Positions 12,481 to 25,657 of a stretch of 64,000 nt of DNA are shown here, piece by piece (positions within the stretch are counted from its first letter, which is position 1; each line of letters begins with the position of its first letter). A program made the translations under genes and the position numbers. The notes beneath the pieces are model-generated. The model saw nothing but the letters and a program-made list of their open reading frames with translations, searched no databases and had not been told where the DNA came from. The stretch comes from Phyllobates terribilis. Lineage: Eukaryota. Where the stretch lies: positions 554,156,001-554,220,000 of the forward strand of contig NW_027362764.1 in NCBI RefSeq assembly GCF_046119375.1, given 5' to 3'.

Positions 12481-13112
12481 GACAGGACGTCTACTCTCCT
12501 GACTTGGCTGACCCCTTTTCCACCCTTTTATGGATTGTCTGATGATGAATCTTTGTCACATCTCCCCAATTCAGTAGTTGGAAGTGAAATGCTACTCTGG
12601 TCAGACACCGCTGCGCTGATGCCCCTGATATGCCCCTCTTCATTAGCTGGTGGAGAAATTCTATGGTGACTTGTGATCTGGCTGGTTCACATTGGTCAAC
12701 CCGTCTGCCTGCTACTACTCGTGTCCACTCTTCCCATGCCTTACCGTATGCTTGCCATGTCGACGGGGCAACTGACGCTCTGATTAATGGCATCAACTAT
12801 TCGCCACTAGATCCCATAGGGAGGGTGGGCAACTGTTGCCCGATGGGTGGGCATTGGGGAAGAGCTCTGTGAAAATCTGCCAATTGAATTGTTATAAAGC
12901 GTTAGCAGCAGCTTTAGACCCCTCAGCATAGTGGCTAGCGCGGACCTATACATTGTGTTTTAGGCACAGGAATGCTAGCCGGCGGAGTAGGCCTAGCACT
13001 GGGAGAGACAATGATGCCATCTTATTAATGCAATGCGCTAGGTGGGTGTTTTTTGTTATGAAGCGTATATTTTTGTTAGCCAGGCGCGCGCCCCATATTT
13101 CTATTGCTACCA
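12481..13112 (-). mobile_element. Duplicated Ngaro fragment (YR N-terminus + RNase H)
   Basis: Near-identical to 8504-9135. Confidence 0.85.
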
Positions 13113-13116
13113 CTAT

Positions 13117-14725
13117 TGGGAAGAAAAATTTTTTTCAGGGCTAGATGCAGCTAAAAATTATTATTAATTTCAAAGCTGGTGGAGCTTGGTAATAGATGGC
13201 CTAATAAAATGAGTACCACACACTGTTACAAGACCAAATATTTTTTCAGAGCTAGATGCAGATAAAAATTATTTTTAATTTGCAACCTGGTGGAAGTTAG
13301 TATAGATGGACTAATAGACCAAGTCCCACACACTGCTAGAAGCCTAAATAATTTTTCAGAGCTAGATGCAGATAAAAATTATATTGAATTTGCAACCTGA
13401 TGGAGGTCAGTATAGATGGACTAATAGAACAAGTCCCACACACTGCTAGAAGCTGAAATATTTTTTCAGAGCTAGATGCAGAAAAAAATTATATTGAATT
13501 TGCAACCTGATGGAGGTTAGTATAGATGGACTAATAGAACAAGTCCCACACACTGCTAGAAGCCTAAATATTTTAAAAAATTATATTGAATTTGCAACCT
13601 GATGGAGGTCAGTATAGATGGACCAATAGAACAAGTCCCACACACTGCTAGAAGCCTAAATATTTTTTCAGAGCTAGATGCAGAAAAAAATTATATTGAA
13701 TATGCAACCTGATGGAGGTCAGTATAGATGGACTAATAGAACAAGTCCCACACACTGCTAGAAGCCTAAATATTTTTTCAGAGCTCGATGCAGAAAAATA
13801 TTATATTGAATTTGCAACCTGGTGGAGGTTAGTATAGATGGACTAATAGAATGATGCTATGCCCAAAAGGTTTTACTTCACTAGGTGCAGTAAAAAAAAT
13901 TGTATTCTATACACCGGTGGTATATCTTGCAACACAGATAGGCTACTCCACTGACTAACACACTCTGCAATAGGCCAAAAAATGATTTGCCTTGCTAGAT
14001 TTAGCCAAATGCTGTGAAAAAAACTTGCACAGCACTAAAACAGGCCTGCCTGGCAAAAAGTGATAGGAAATGATGTAACCTAGCCCTGAAAAGGACTGCA
14101 ATTACAATTAGTCTTTACTCCCAACCTATCTATTTAAGAGCACAGACCTGCCTGAAAAAAGTCGTATGAAATGATGTAACCTAGTCCTTAAAAGGACTGC
14201 AATCACAAATCTTCCCTACTCCCAAGCTATCTGTAGATTTGTGTGAAAATTGGCTTGAAATTAACAAAGTATAGCGCACACAGCAACAGCGGTGCCGTCT
14301 AACACGCAGCAGTGAGAAAATAGTGGCGACGGGGAAAATGGCTGGGTCTTATAGGGCAAGGACTTGTGACATACACTGCCAATGACACATGCCCTTGCTT
14401 GTGTGAGAAAAAGCAGTTCGCTCCGTGTGTGCGCTGCTGACAGGCTGACAGATTGCACCTCCCCACTGTAAATGCGGGAAAGAGATCCATCCCCTGCCCC
14501 TCCCCCCGCCCCGCTGTACACTCAAACTGCGTATTAACATTAATTTTCAGCATTAACGAGAAAAAATCCAGGTATGATTTTGGTGCATGAACAGTTATCG
14601 AACATAACCTCGAACTGCCGAATTTTTTTCAAATCGTTCGTGTTCGCCGAACGGCTCGAACACCGCCCAAAACAGCTCGAAATTGAGATTGGCGAACAGT
14701 TCGAGTCGAACACCGCTCATCTCTA
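13117..14725 (-). mobile_element. Orphan second left end of hAT copy 1 (VNTR + subterminal + TIR), followed again by CTTACCAT
   Basis: Duplicate of 9140-10747. GCTCATCTCTA ends at 14725; CTTACCAT at 14726-14733. Confidence 0.9.
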
Positions 14726-15377
14726 CTTACCATCCCTATATTGGTTCCTCGCCAATCGCCGAACAGGAAACCTAAGCCCTGCATATGCCTAGAGCTAGGC
14801 CCTGGATAGGGAAGGGGGGATGAGCACTCGTCAGTCCCCACTATAAACTAAAGACAGCAAGGGAGAAAAAACCCAGGGGGAGAAACACCCGAGCGTGCTC
14901 GGTTAACCCCTTAACCGAGCACATTCGAGCATCACTAGTTGCCAGCAGTGAATCTTGTGCGCTCAAGTGAATTCAGTTTAGCTGAACATTCCAAAGACAA
15001 CCATTAATAACCTTGTTGAAAGCATTATAAGGCATGTGTGATGCTGAGTCACTTATCACGGACAAGCCATGAGTCGGGAAGTCAAGGAGTCCAAGGTTAA
15101 TGTGTTGCATGATATGCAAATCTGATGATGCCACAGAAGTAGGATAATGAATTGACTGGCTTAACTTGTCACATATAATACCACATATAATACCATTGAG
15201 CATTGAAGCAGGTCCAATGTACTGTACACTGTCTCTTTGGCTACAGATAGGATAGAAGTGATGTTGGCGCAGTATATGCCAACATTATATTTTCTGCCAT
15301 GAACATTGACCCATTCAATTCAGAATAGTTATAGCTGAGTACATAATGTGCTTTAGATTTGTCATATACATTGTGTA

Positions 15378-16991
15378 CAGTACAGACCAAAAGTTTTGAC
15401 ACACCTACTCATTAAAAGATTTTTCTGTATTTTCATGACTATGAAAAATGTATATTCACACTGAAAGCATCAAAACTATGAATTAACACATGTGGAATTA
15501 TATACGTAACAAAAAAGTGTGAAACAACTGAAAATATGTCTTTTATTCTAGGTTCTTCAAAGTAGCCACCTTTTGCTTTGATGACTGCATTGCACACTCT
15601 TGGCATTCTCTTGATGAGCTTCAAGAGGCAGTCACCGGAAATGGTCTTCCAACAATCTTGAAGGAGTTCCCAGAGATGCTTAGCACTTGTTGGCCCTTTT
15701 GCCTTCACTCTGTGGTCCAGCTCACCCCAAACCATCTCGATTGGGTTCAGGTCTGGTGACTGTGGAGGCCAAGTCATCTGGCATAGCACCCCATCACTCT
15801 CCTTCTTGGTCAAAAAGCCCTTGCACAGCCTGGAGGTGTGTTTTGGGTCATTGTCCTGTTGAAAAAAAAATGATGATCCAACTAAACGCAAACCAGATGG
15901 AATAGCATGCCGCTGCAAGATGCTTTCAGTATGCCTTCAATTTTGAATAAATCCCCAACAGTGTCACCAGCAAAGCACCCCCACACCATCACACCTCCTC
16001 CTCCATTCTTCACGGTGGGAACCAGGCATGTAGAGTCCATCCGTTCACCTTTTCTGCGTCGCACAAAGACACAGTGGTTGGAATCAAAGATCTCAAATTT
16101 GGACTCACTAGACCAAAGCACAGATTTCCACTGGTCTAATGTCAATTCCTTGTGTTCTTTAGCCCAAGCATGTCTCTTCAACTTGTTGCCTGTCCTTAGC
16201 AGTGGTTTCCTAGCAGCTATTTTACCATGAAGGCCTGCTGCACAAAGTCTCCTCTTAATAGTTGTTGAAGAGATATGTCTGCTGCTAGAACTCTGTGTGG
16301 CATTGACCTGGTCTCTAATCTGAGCTTCTGTTAACCTGCGATTTCTGAGGCTGGTGACTCTGATAAACTTATCCTCAGAAGCAGAGGTGACTCTTGGTCT
16401 TCCTTTCCTGGGGCGGTCCTCATGTGAGCCAGTTTCTTTGTAGCGCTTGATGGTTTTTTAAACTGCAATTGGGGACACTTTCAAAGTTTTCCCAATTTTT
16501 CGGACTGACTGACCTTCATTTCTTAAAGTAATGATGGCCACTCGTTTTTCTTTACTTAGCTGCTTTTTTCTTGCCATAATACAAATTCTAACAGACTATT
16601 CAGTAGGACTATCAGCTGTGTATCCACCAGACTTCTGCACAACACAACTGATGGTCCCAACCCCATTTATAAGGCAAGAAATCCCACTTACTAAACCTGA
16701 CAGGGCACATCTATGAAATGAAAACCATTTCCGGTGACTACCTCTTGAAGCTCATCAAGAGTATGCCAAGAGTGTGCAAAGCAGTGATCAAAGCAAAAGG
16801 TGGCTACTTTGAAGAACCTAGAATATAAGACATATTTTCAGTTGTTTCACACTTTTTTGTTAAGTATATAATTCCACATGTGTTAATTCATAGTTTTGAT
16901 GCCTTCAGTGTGAATGTACAATTTTCATAGTCATGAAAATACAGAAAAATCTTTAAATGGGAAGGTGTGTCCAAACTTTTTGTCTGTACTG
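15378..16991 (-). mobile_element. Full-length (1614 bp) defective Tc1-like transposon with ~270-bp TIRs
   Basis: TA|CAGTACAG...CTGTACTG|TA. The transposase is frameshifted: WKSVLWSSESKF (first D lost), VMVWGCF, QQDNDPKH, DLNPIE. The TIRs (~15378-15645, ~16724-16991) include the transposase C-terminal codons. Confidence 0.92.
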
Positions 16992-18768
16992 TATATATTT
17001 TATTGAGGTCCTTGAATCACTTCAATAAAGCAACTGGTCTTAGCGCTTGTGACAGTCACTAAATCAATAAAGAAAATGACATTCACCTAGTAATTAAAAA
17101 ATGTATCAAATTTGTTTCTACTTTGGTCACATCTAAACTTTTATAGTGGTCAAAAGAAGAAGAGGTGATCATCTAGATTGCACACTCATAGGTATACAGC
17201 TTGCTCCTTATACCCCTAAAATTTAAAGAAGAAAATGCTTTAAATTCTAAAAGCTTAATGACATTAATGACATTGAAAGTTCCTTGAAGAGAATTATTAG
17301 ATTTTGTCAGATTTCAATGTAAGAATCCTGCTTACAAGTTTTATAGTAGCTCACAGTAAATGCTCTAAAATTATAGTTACTAATATGCAACACTGAACTT
17401 TGTTTCTTAGAAGTACGATTTTTTAAAATGGAGGTGTTTGCTCACAACATAATTTAGAATATGTTATGAAGGGCAGGAATGTTGTCAAGTTTATCAAATG
17501 CTATGACTTTATTATGCTTTTTTCAAATCACACTGCTGCAAATTACAGATATACTAATGGATTGGACTCTACAGGACGGATTGCAATGACCTTAGAAGTT
17601 GCTACAAGTTAATCTGAAGTATGTGACATTTTAACAAAGATATTGATAGCTTCATTATTCTTTAGGAAGTGGACAATAATCTTCTTGTCTCACTTTCACA
17701 CATTGGTGCTGTAATTAACTTGTTAATTGTGGGTATTTTTCATCTTGTTCTGTATAACTGCAGACTATCCCTCATACAAAGTCTGCCTATAATTTAATTA
17801 CATAATTTCTCACTCAAAACTTCCAAACTAAATTTCAGAGTTGTTGTAAAACTCCTGTGTTCCAACCTTTGTAAGTAGGGTTCGTTGTTCTCACCACATA
17901 ATGGCACAGTATCTCCAACTGAATCTTTCTGGGCAGAGAAGTATCTTGAATCTAATGGGCATCAGGGACATCCAGAGTCCTTTTTCGACTGCTATGTCTG
18001 CACCCTCTGTAGCTATGAACCTGTTGCTGGGCGTTTTGTTGGAATGAAATATGAAATAGGATCTTCCTTTTGTGGCAAGTGTCAACTCAGGAGTTCTGAT
18101 GCACAAAAGATCGTAATAGAATGAATTACATGGCACAGTACAATCACCCGTCTGTGTTAAACATCAGTGTCATTAGTGTTTTTCCAGTATGGTTAAAATA
18201 AGAATTAAATGCAAAAGATTTTCCTATACTTTGTAATGTTAAAGACATACAGCACACTGATGCCATCCTTGTGCTCAACATATTTTTCACAAGCCCATAG
18301 ACTTGTGTTGGTCCTTGTCATTCGTGTTGCTGGAAAAAGTAGACATGTGTCCTTGTGTTTCACACGGACATACGGTCCGTGTAACAACACAGAAATATAC
18401 ATAGCTTAGGATAGCATAGGATATAATGGATATATGCTGTATCCGTAAAAAAATAGATACCACGAATACTGGAAACTTGGACATGTGAAGGAGGCCTTAG
18501 TCATGGTAGAAGAATTTTTGGAATCATATTCATTGCCACTTTTTTGTTTACAATATATTATGGAGACAAGTATCAAATTTACAAAACTTATTATCATACT
18601 TATCCAATTATTGAAAAATATGGAATCAACCGGAAATGCTAGGTAGGGTACACATGATGGCCTAAAAGGCTAATGCAACAATAGCTCACTCGTAGTATTG
18701 GTGTGGCAACTATGTGTCTCCAATTTACCAACTCAAACAGCTGTGATAACACAGACCTACGCAGTTAA

Positions 18769-19182
18769 AGGGAATCCGTCACCAGGTTTTTTCTACCCAA
18801 TCTGAGAGCAGCATAATGTAGGGACTCAGACCCTGATTCCAGTGATGTATCACTTACTTAACTGGTTGCTGCAGGTTTGATACTGCTATTTCTGCTGTAA
18901 ATCTACCAGTTCACTGGATACTGACCTCTGTATAAATTAACTCCCACCACTGATGAGCAGTTCTCTGTGTACCCTGTCTATAGACAGTGGCAGGGAATGG
19001 TTGGACTACATGAAAGCAGATGTACTAGTCCTCTAATAATAATTTCCTGCTGATAAAACAGAGATTTTATCAAAATGACACCAAGAAACCCTGTAAGTGA
19101 CACATCGCTAGAATCAGGATCTCTGACTCTACATAAAGCTTCTATTAGATTAGTTAGAAAAAAACTTGGTGACAGATTCGCT
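18769..19182. mobile_element. Kolobok/T2-type MITE
   Basis: TTAA|AGGGAATCCGTCACC ... GGTGACAGATTCGCT|TTAA; 414 bp. Confidence 0.78.
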
Positions 19183-19249
19183 TTAAATGTGTTGATTTAT
19201 TGTTGTTTTTTCAGATTTGTTAAGCAAATAAATCCAATTGCCTAAAAAC

Positions 19250-19900
19250 GACAACAAATGCCAGGTAGGTACACGACAAGGCCAGGACAAGTTAAATGTG
19301 GCAACTGCCTGCAATATGGTTTCGGGGTTAACAAATGAGAAATTGGACTAGTAAAAAAGGTATGCAACAAGTAATATGTGAGTATTATTTTTAAAGTTTA
19401 TCTTAAAAACTAGTTTCCCTCTCACTGACAAAAAGTTGTAAGCAAGAATACTATGTTAGTAGGTACGTACATGCCCTCAAAGTAAAATGCGGCAACAGCC
19501 CACAGTATTGTTGTGGGATGTATAGTTGCTAAAGCGAACTAGTAAAACAGGTATTCAAAAGTATTTGTGTATTATTGACATTTTTTTTAAATGCTATTCT
19601 CTCCCCCCTGACAAAAAATCTAATCCAAAAATGCTATGTTGTTAGGTAGGTACACATTCAGAATAATATCCAAAAAGAAAAATGTGTACTTATTTTCTAA
19701 TAGTTTTTTCTTCTTTAAATGCAACACCTCTTTCCCAAAATGAAAGTGACTAGAAATGCTAGATAGGTACAAGTCCCAAAAGCCAGCATCTGCAACAGTG
19801 CACTTAATTGATGTGGTATGTACGGGTTTAAAATTTGTCTAGTCAAACTAGTTGCAAACATTTTTTACATTTTTGTAACACACACATTTTGGGAGGTACA
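19250..19900. repeat. Degenerate ~190-bp tandem repeat
   Basis: Recurrent TAGGTAGGTACAC...GCAAC(A/T)GC...ACTAGTAAAA motifs at ~19263, 19457, 19641 and 19760; a related motif lies at ~18640. Confidence 0.5.
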
Positions 19901-21559
19901 CAGTTGCATTTAAATGTCGATGTCATTTATTCTGTACAGCAAATACTGTCAAAACAAAAACAAAGCTTTATCATCAGAACAACATACAAAAAAATAGAAA
20001 TAAAAGTCATCAAATAGTCGAATGTAAAAAATAAAAGGGATTAATGAAAACATTAACGCGTTCAGCCCTCAAACAGCTCTGACAGCGAAAAAATAAAAAA
20101 CTTGTAGCTCTCAGAATATGGTGATGCAAAAACAAAATAATTTTTTGTAAGATATTGCTTTTAGTGTACAAAATTAGCAAAGCATAAAAAAATTATATAA
20201 AACTGGAGTCGCTATAATCATACTGAGCTGAAGAATGAAGAATAAAATATAAAAAAAACTATCACTGTTTTTTTTTATTCTGTGTCTGAAAAATCTGAAT
20301 ATACAGTGATCAAAAAATGTTATGCACACCATGATGGTACCAAGAAAAACATCATCGCATCCCACAAAAAATAAGCCCCAGCTCTGCTCTCTAAAAAATA
20401 AATAAAGGTATAGTTCTCAAAATACGCCAAAAATATTTTTCATCTGAAAAGCATTTTTAAGGTACATGCATAGTGTCTTTAAGTTACTAGCAGAAAGGTC
20501 AAGGTTTTCTTAAGAAAAGCTGCTTTATGAAAAAGCCAGTGGTCATTACTGTTGGTTTTGCCATCATTTTTGTGGCTTTGGTCATTTTGGAGCTGTTTCA
20601 ACTAGACAGAATGAACTAATACTACTTACCGCTTCAATGTTTCTGAACCATAAAGTACTTTAAAGAAGTAGCAAAAGACTGAAAATGTGCAAAGCTATGC
20701 CATTTTTACACTGCTTTGCATTCTCTATTTTTAGTCAGCAGGGTTCTAGGTGGAATCTTCCTGAAAAAGATGTCCTGGGCAAATACCCTTTGTGCATAAA
20801 AGTAGCAAAATACAGTATAAGAAAAAGATTATAAAATCTGGTATCATTGTAGTTGTACAGACTTGAAAAATAAATCTGTTCTATCACTTTTACCATAAAA
20901 TGAATGGCGTAAAAAAAATAACAATAAGAACAATTCTTTAACTGCTGTCTATTTGTTCATTCTGCCTCCATAAAATTGGAATAAGGCTTGGATCACATTT
21001 AATTTGTCTTTTATACTTTGCACTTACTTCAGGGTTTTCATGCAAATTCCCCAAAAATATATAATTCATAAGGAACTCCAAATCTAACCAATTGACAACT
21101 TTGACAAATTTTCCCCCAAAATTTGCTTTGCTGCAAATAAATGATTGCGAATTCCGGAAATGAAAACCATCTAACTGCCTGGAAAATATGTGTAGAATAC
21201 TATGAGCTCCGATTGAAGTGAATTGAACGTTTTGAGCTCTATAATGCAAAAAAACCCTTTTTAATGTCTCAATGACTTCAACCTATCTGGCTACAAGAAC
21301 ACGGTGTAACCAACTGGGTATTTCACAACTGACTGCAATATCTGACTTTAAGCTACCTAAATTTTATAAATTGTCAAAAAATTATCCATTTTGGAGTGGG
21401 AGCAGATGCAAGCATTGCCATTGTTTATAGACAAGTGGAACAAACAGAAGGGATTTTTCTCAAGTTATCTAAAAATTATCCCCTTATTTCTCTAAACAAA
21501 ACAGTGACACTGTAAAAAAACAGTGTCTGTGTATGGTGTATGATGGTCTGCACTGATCA

Positions 21560-22227
21560 ATGCCTGATTAATTTTAACAAATGTTAAAATGTGCCAGATA
21601 ACTTAGCCCATTGTGCTGTGGCAAATTTACAGGCAGCTCTGAATACCCTCTCTGGCATGAAACTGGAGGCTAGACATGACTGTATTTCCATAGCAAACTG
21701 GGCTAATTCTTGTCACTGGTTTAATTTGCTGATCTAGAAATCTATGGGGTTGGGGCTTGGGATATCGGCCTAAGAAAGAACACAGTCTGGGTACGCCTGA
21801 AGCTGGCTTCTTTGAAGTGTTGTCACAATGGCTGAAAAAACACCAGGTCCATCATGAAAGATATTCTGTTAGTGTTAATGTTGCTGCCTTAGTTACTTCT
21901 TATAGTCCAGACACTAGCACAGGCTGAGGAATATTGTATCTGTGTGGATCGCAAAGGGGTCTGCTGGTTAAAGCATTTGCTTGGTGAAAGCTTCAGAGAG
22001 CATGTAATAGAGCTTATCCTGGTAGTAAGCCAACTTGGACTACCATTTGGAAGCTTGAAACAAATCTGTCATTTTGCTGTAATAGCGAGGGTCTAAAAGA
22101 GTGGCTATCCAATAGTCATCACTTTGTTTCATGTTAAAAATATGCATGTCCTCCAACAAGCATTGCAGCATACAGGTTTCCATGTCCACCAGCATAACTA
22201 AGAGCCCCATAATTTCATTATCATAAT
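21560..22227 (-). pseudogene. Older hAT transposase relic, C-terminal part (interrupted by hAT copy 2)
   Basis: Minus strand reads DDYWIATLLDPRY (~22040-22110) and ELAQFAMEIQSCLASSFMPERVFRAA (~21620-21710), matching the hAT dimerisation domain. Confidence 0.8.
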
Positions 22228-23135
22228 TAGAGATGAGCGTTGTTCTACTCGAACTGTTCGCCAATCTCAAATTCGAGCTGTTTTGGGCGGTGTTCGAGCC
22301 GTTCGGCGAACACGAACAATTTGAGAAAAATTCGGCTGTTCGAGGTTATGTTCGATAACTGTTCGTGCACCAAAATCATAACTGGATTTTTTCTCAGTAA
22401 TGATGAAAATTAATGTTAATACGCAGTTTGAGTGTACAGCGGGGTGGGGGGAGGGGCAGGGGATGGATCTCTGCAGGAACAATGAAGATCTCCATTTTTT
22501 TTTCTCTTTCCCGCATTTACAGTGGGGAGGTGCAATCTGTCAGCCTATCAGCAGCGCACACACGGAGCGAAGTGCTTTTTTTCACACAAGCAAGGGCATG
22601 TGTCATTGGCAGTGTATGTCACATGTCCTTGCCCTATAAGACCAAGCCATTTTCCCCGTCGCCACCATTTTCTCACTGCTGCAGCTGCGTGTTAGATGGC
22701 ACCGCTGTTGCTGTGTGCGCTATACCTTGTTAATTTCAAGCCAATTTTCGCACAAATATACAGATAGCTTGGGAGTAGGGAATAGTTGTGATTGCAGTCC
22801 TTTTAAGGACTAGGTTACAGCATTTCCTACGACTTTTATCAGGGAGGTCTGTGCTCTTAAATAGATAGGTTGTGGGAGTAAAGACTAATTGTAATTGGAG
22901 TCCTTTTCAGTACTAGGTTACATGAGTTCCTATCAGTTTTTGCCAGGCAGGTCTGTGCAAGTTTTTTTCACAGCATTTGGCTGAATCTAGCAAAGCTAAT
23001 CCTTTTTGGCCTATTGCAGAGTGTGTTAGTCAGTGGAGTAGCCTATCTGTGTTGCAAGATATACCACCTGTGTATAGAATACCAATTTTTTTACTGCACC
23101 TAGTGAAGTAAAATCTTTTGGGCATAGCATCATTC

Positions 23136-25540
23136 TATTAGTCCATCTATACTGACCTCCATCAGGTTGCAAATTAAAACTAATTTTTATCTGCATCTAC
23201 AGTACCTCTGAAAAAATATTTGGGCTTCTAGCAGTGTGTGGGACTTGTTCTATTAGTCCATCTATACTGACCTCCATCAGGTTGCAAACTGAATATATTT
23301 TTTTCTGCATCTACCTCTGAAAAAATATTGGGCTTCTAGCTGTGTGTGGGTCTTGTTCTATTAATCCATCTATACTGACCTCCATCAGGTTGCAAACTGA
23401 AAATAATTTTTTTCTGCATCTAGCTCTGAAAAAATATTTGGCCTTCTAGTAGTGTGTCGGACTTTCTCTATTAGTCCATCTATACTGACCTCCATCAGGT
23501 TGCAAATTAAAACTAATTTTTATCTGCATCTACAGTACCTCTGAAAAAATATTTGGGCTTCTAGCTGTGTGTGGGACTTGTTGTATTAGTCCATCTATAC
23601 TGACCTCCATCAGGTTGCAAACTGAATATATTTTTTTCTGCATCTACCTCTGAAAAAATATTTGGCCTTCTAGTAGTGTGTCGGACTTTCTCTATTAGTC
23701 CATCTATACTGACCTCCATCAGGTTGCAAATTAAAAATAATTTTTATCTGCATCTACAGTACCTCTGAAAAAATATTTGGGCTTCTAGCTGTGTGCGGGA
23801 CTTGTTGTATTAGTCCATCTATACTGACCTCCATCAGGTTGCAAACTGAATATATTTTTTTCTGCATCTACCTCTGAAAAAATATTTGGCCTTCTAGTAG
23901 TGTGTCGGACTTTCTCTATTAGTCCATCTATACTGACCTCCATCAGGTTGCAAATTAAAACTAATTTTTATCTGCATCTACAGTACCTCTGAAAAAATAT
24001 TTGGGCTTCTAGCAGTGTGTGGGACTTGTTCTATTAGTCCATCTATACTGACCTCCATCAGGTTGCAAACTGAATATATTTTTTTCTGCATCTACCTCTG
24101 AAAAAATATTTGGCCTTCTAGTAGTGTGTCGGACTTTCTCTATTAGTCCATCTATACTGACCTCCATCAGGTTGCAAATTAAAACTAATTTTTATCTTCA
24201 TCTACAGTACCTCTGAAAAAATATTTGGGCTTCTAGTAGGGTGTCGGACTTTCTCTATTAGTCCATCTATACTGACCTCCATCAGGTTGCAAACTGAATA
24301 TAATTTTTTTCTGCATCTAGCTCTGAAAAAATATTTGGCCTTCTAGTAGTGTGTCGGACTTTCTCTATTAGTCCATCTATACTGACCTCCATCAGGTTGC
24401 AAATTAAAACTAATTTTTATCTGCATCTACAGTACCTCTGAAAAAATATTTGGGCTTCTAGCAGTGTGTGGGACTTGTTCTATTAGTCCATCTATACTGA
24501 CCTCCATCAGGTTGCAAACTGAATATATTTTTTTCTGCATCTACCTCTGAAAAAATATTGGGCTTCTAGCTGTGTGTGGGTCTTGTTCTATTAATCCATC
24601 TATACTGACCTCCATCAGGTTGCAAACTGAATATATTTTTTTCTGCATCTACCTCTGAAAAAATATTTGGCCTTCTAGTAGTGTGTCGGACTTTCTCTAT
24701 TAGTCCATCTATACTGACCTCCATCAGGTTGCAAATTAAAACTAATTTTTATCTGCATCTACAGTACCTCTGAAAAAATATTTGGGCTTCTAGCAGTGTG
24801 TGGGACTTGTTCTATTAGTCCATCTATACTGACCTCCATCAGGTTGCAAACTGAATATAGTTTTTTCTGCATCTACCTCTGAAAAAATATTGGGCTTCTA
24901 GCTGTGTGTGGGTCTTGTTCTATTAATCCATCTATACTGACCTCCATCAGGTTGCAAACTGAATATATTTTTTTCTGCATCTACCTCTGAAAAAATATTT
25001 GGCCTTCTAGTAGTGTGTCGGACTTTCTCTATTAGTCCATCTATACTGACCTCCATCAGGTTGCAAATTAAAACTAATTTTTATCTGCATCTACAGTACC
25101 TCTGAAAAAATATTTGGGCTTCTAGCTGTGTGTGGGACTTGTTGTATTAGTCCATCTATACTGACCTCCATCAGGTTGCAAACTGAATATATTTTTTTCT
25201 GCATCTACCTCTGAAAAAATATTTGGCCTTCAAGTAGTGTGTCGTACTTTCTCTATTAGTCCATCTATACTGACCTCCATCAGGTTGCAAATTAAAAATA
25301 ATTTTTATCTGCATCTACAGTACCTCTGAAAAAATATTTGGGCTTCTAGCTGTGTGCGGGACTTGTTGTATTAGTCCATCTATACTGACCTCCATCAGGT
25401 TGCAAACTGAATATTTTTTTTTCTGCATCTACCTCTGAAAAAATATTTGGCCTTCTAGTAGTGTGTCGGACTTTCTCTATTAGTCCATCTATACTGACCT
25501 CCATCAGGTTGCAAATTCAAAATAATTTTTTTCTGCATCT
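23136..25540 (+). repeat. Internal VNTR of hAT copy 2, ~22 units of 108-115 bp
   Basis: TATTAGTCCATCTATACTGACCTCCATCAGGTTG starts at 23136, 23251, 23359 ... 25478. Long (115 bp, +CAGTAC) and short (108-110 bp) units mostly alternate. Confidence 0.96.
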
Positions 25541-25657
25541 AACCCAGCCAATAGTTTTGGCCTAATACCACAGTTTGGCCACTCAGCTCTGCTCGGTTAC
25601 CATCCATTGTTTTTTTGTGCAAACAACTCCAGAGTTGTGAATTAGTTAACCACCAAA

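Larger units (their letters stand above)
8504..16458. repeat. Direct tandem duplication, unit ~3977 bp (8504-12480 and 12481-16458)
   Basis: Both units start GACAGGACGTCTACTCTCC and end GATGGTTTTT. ORF tracks repeat at an offset of 3977-3978. About 9 single-base differences seen by eye. Confidence 0.93.

Noticed and set aside
17885-18136. Possible host exon (Cys-containing ORF)
   Set aside because: No recognisable family motif, no convincing splice pair and no neighbouring exons; cannot be supported without a search.
20000-21330. AT-rich segment resembling anuran non-autonomous DNA transposon interiors
   Set aside because: No termini, TSD or coding motif could be defined, so it is not annotated.
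23136-25540. Repeat arrays as CRISPR or CRISPR-like arrays (also 9140-9872, 51336-53319)
   Set aside because: Whole ~110-bp units repeat head to tail with no unique spacers and no cas genes; the context is eukaryotic.
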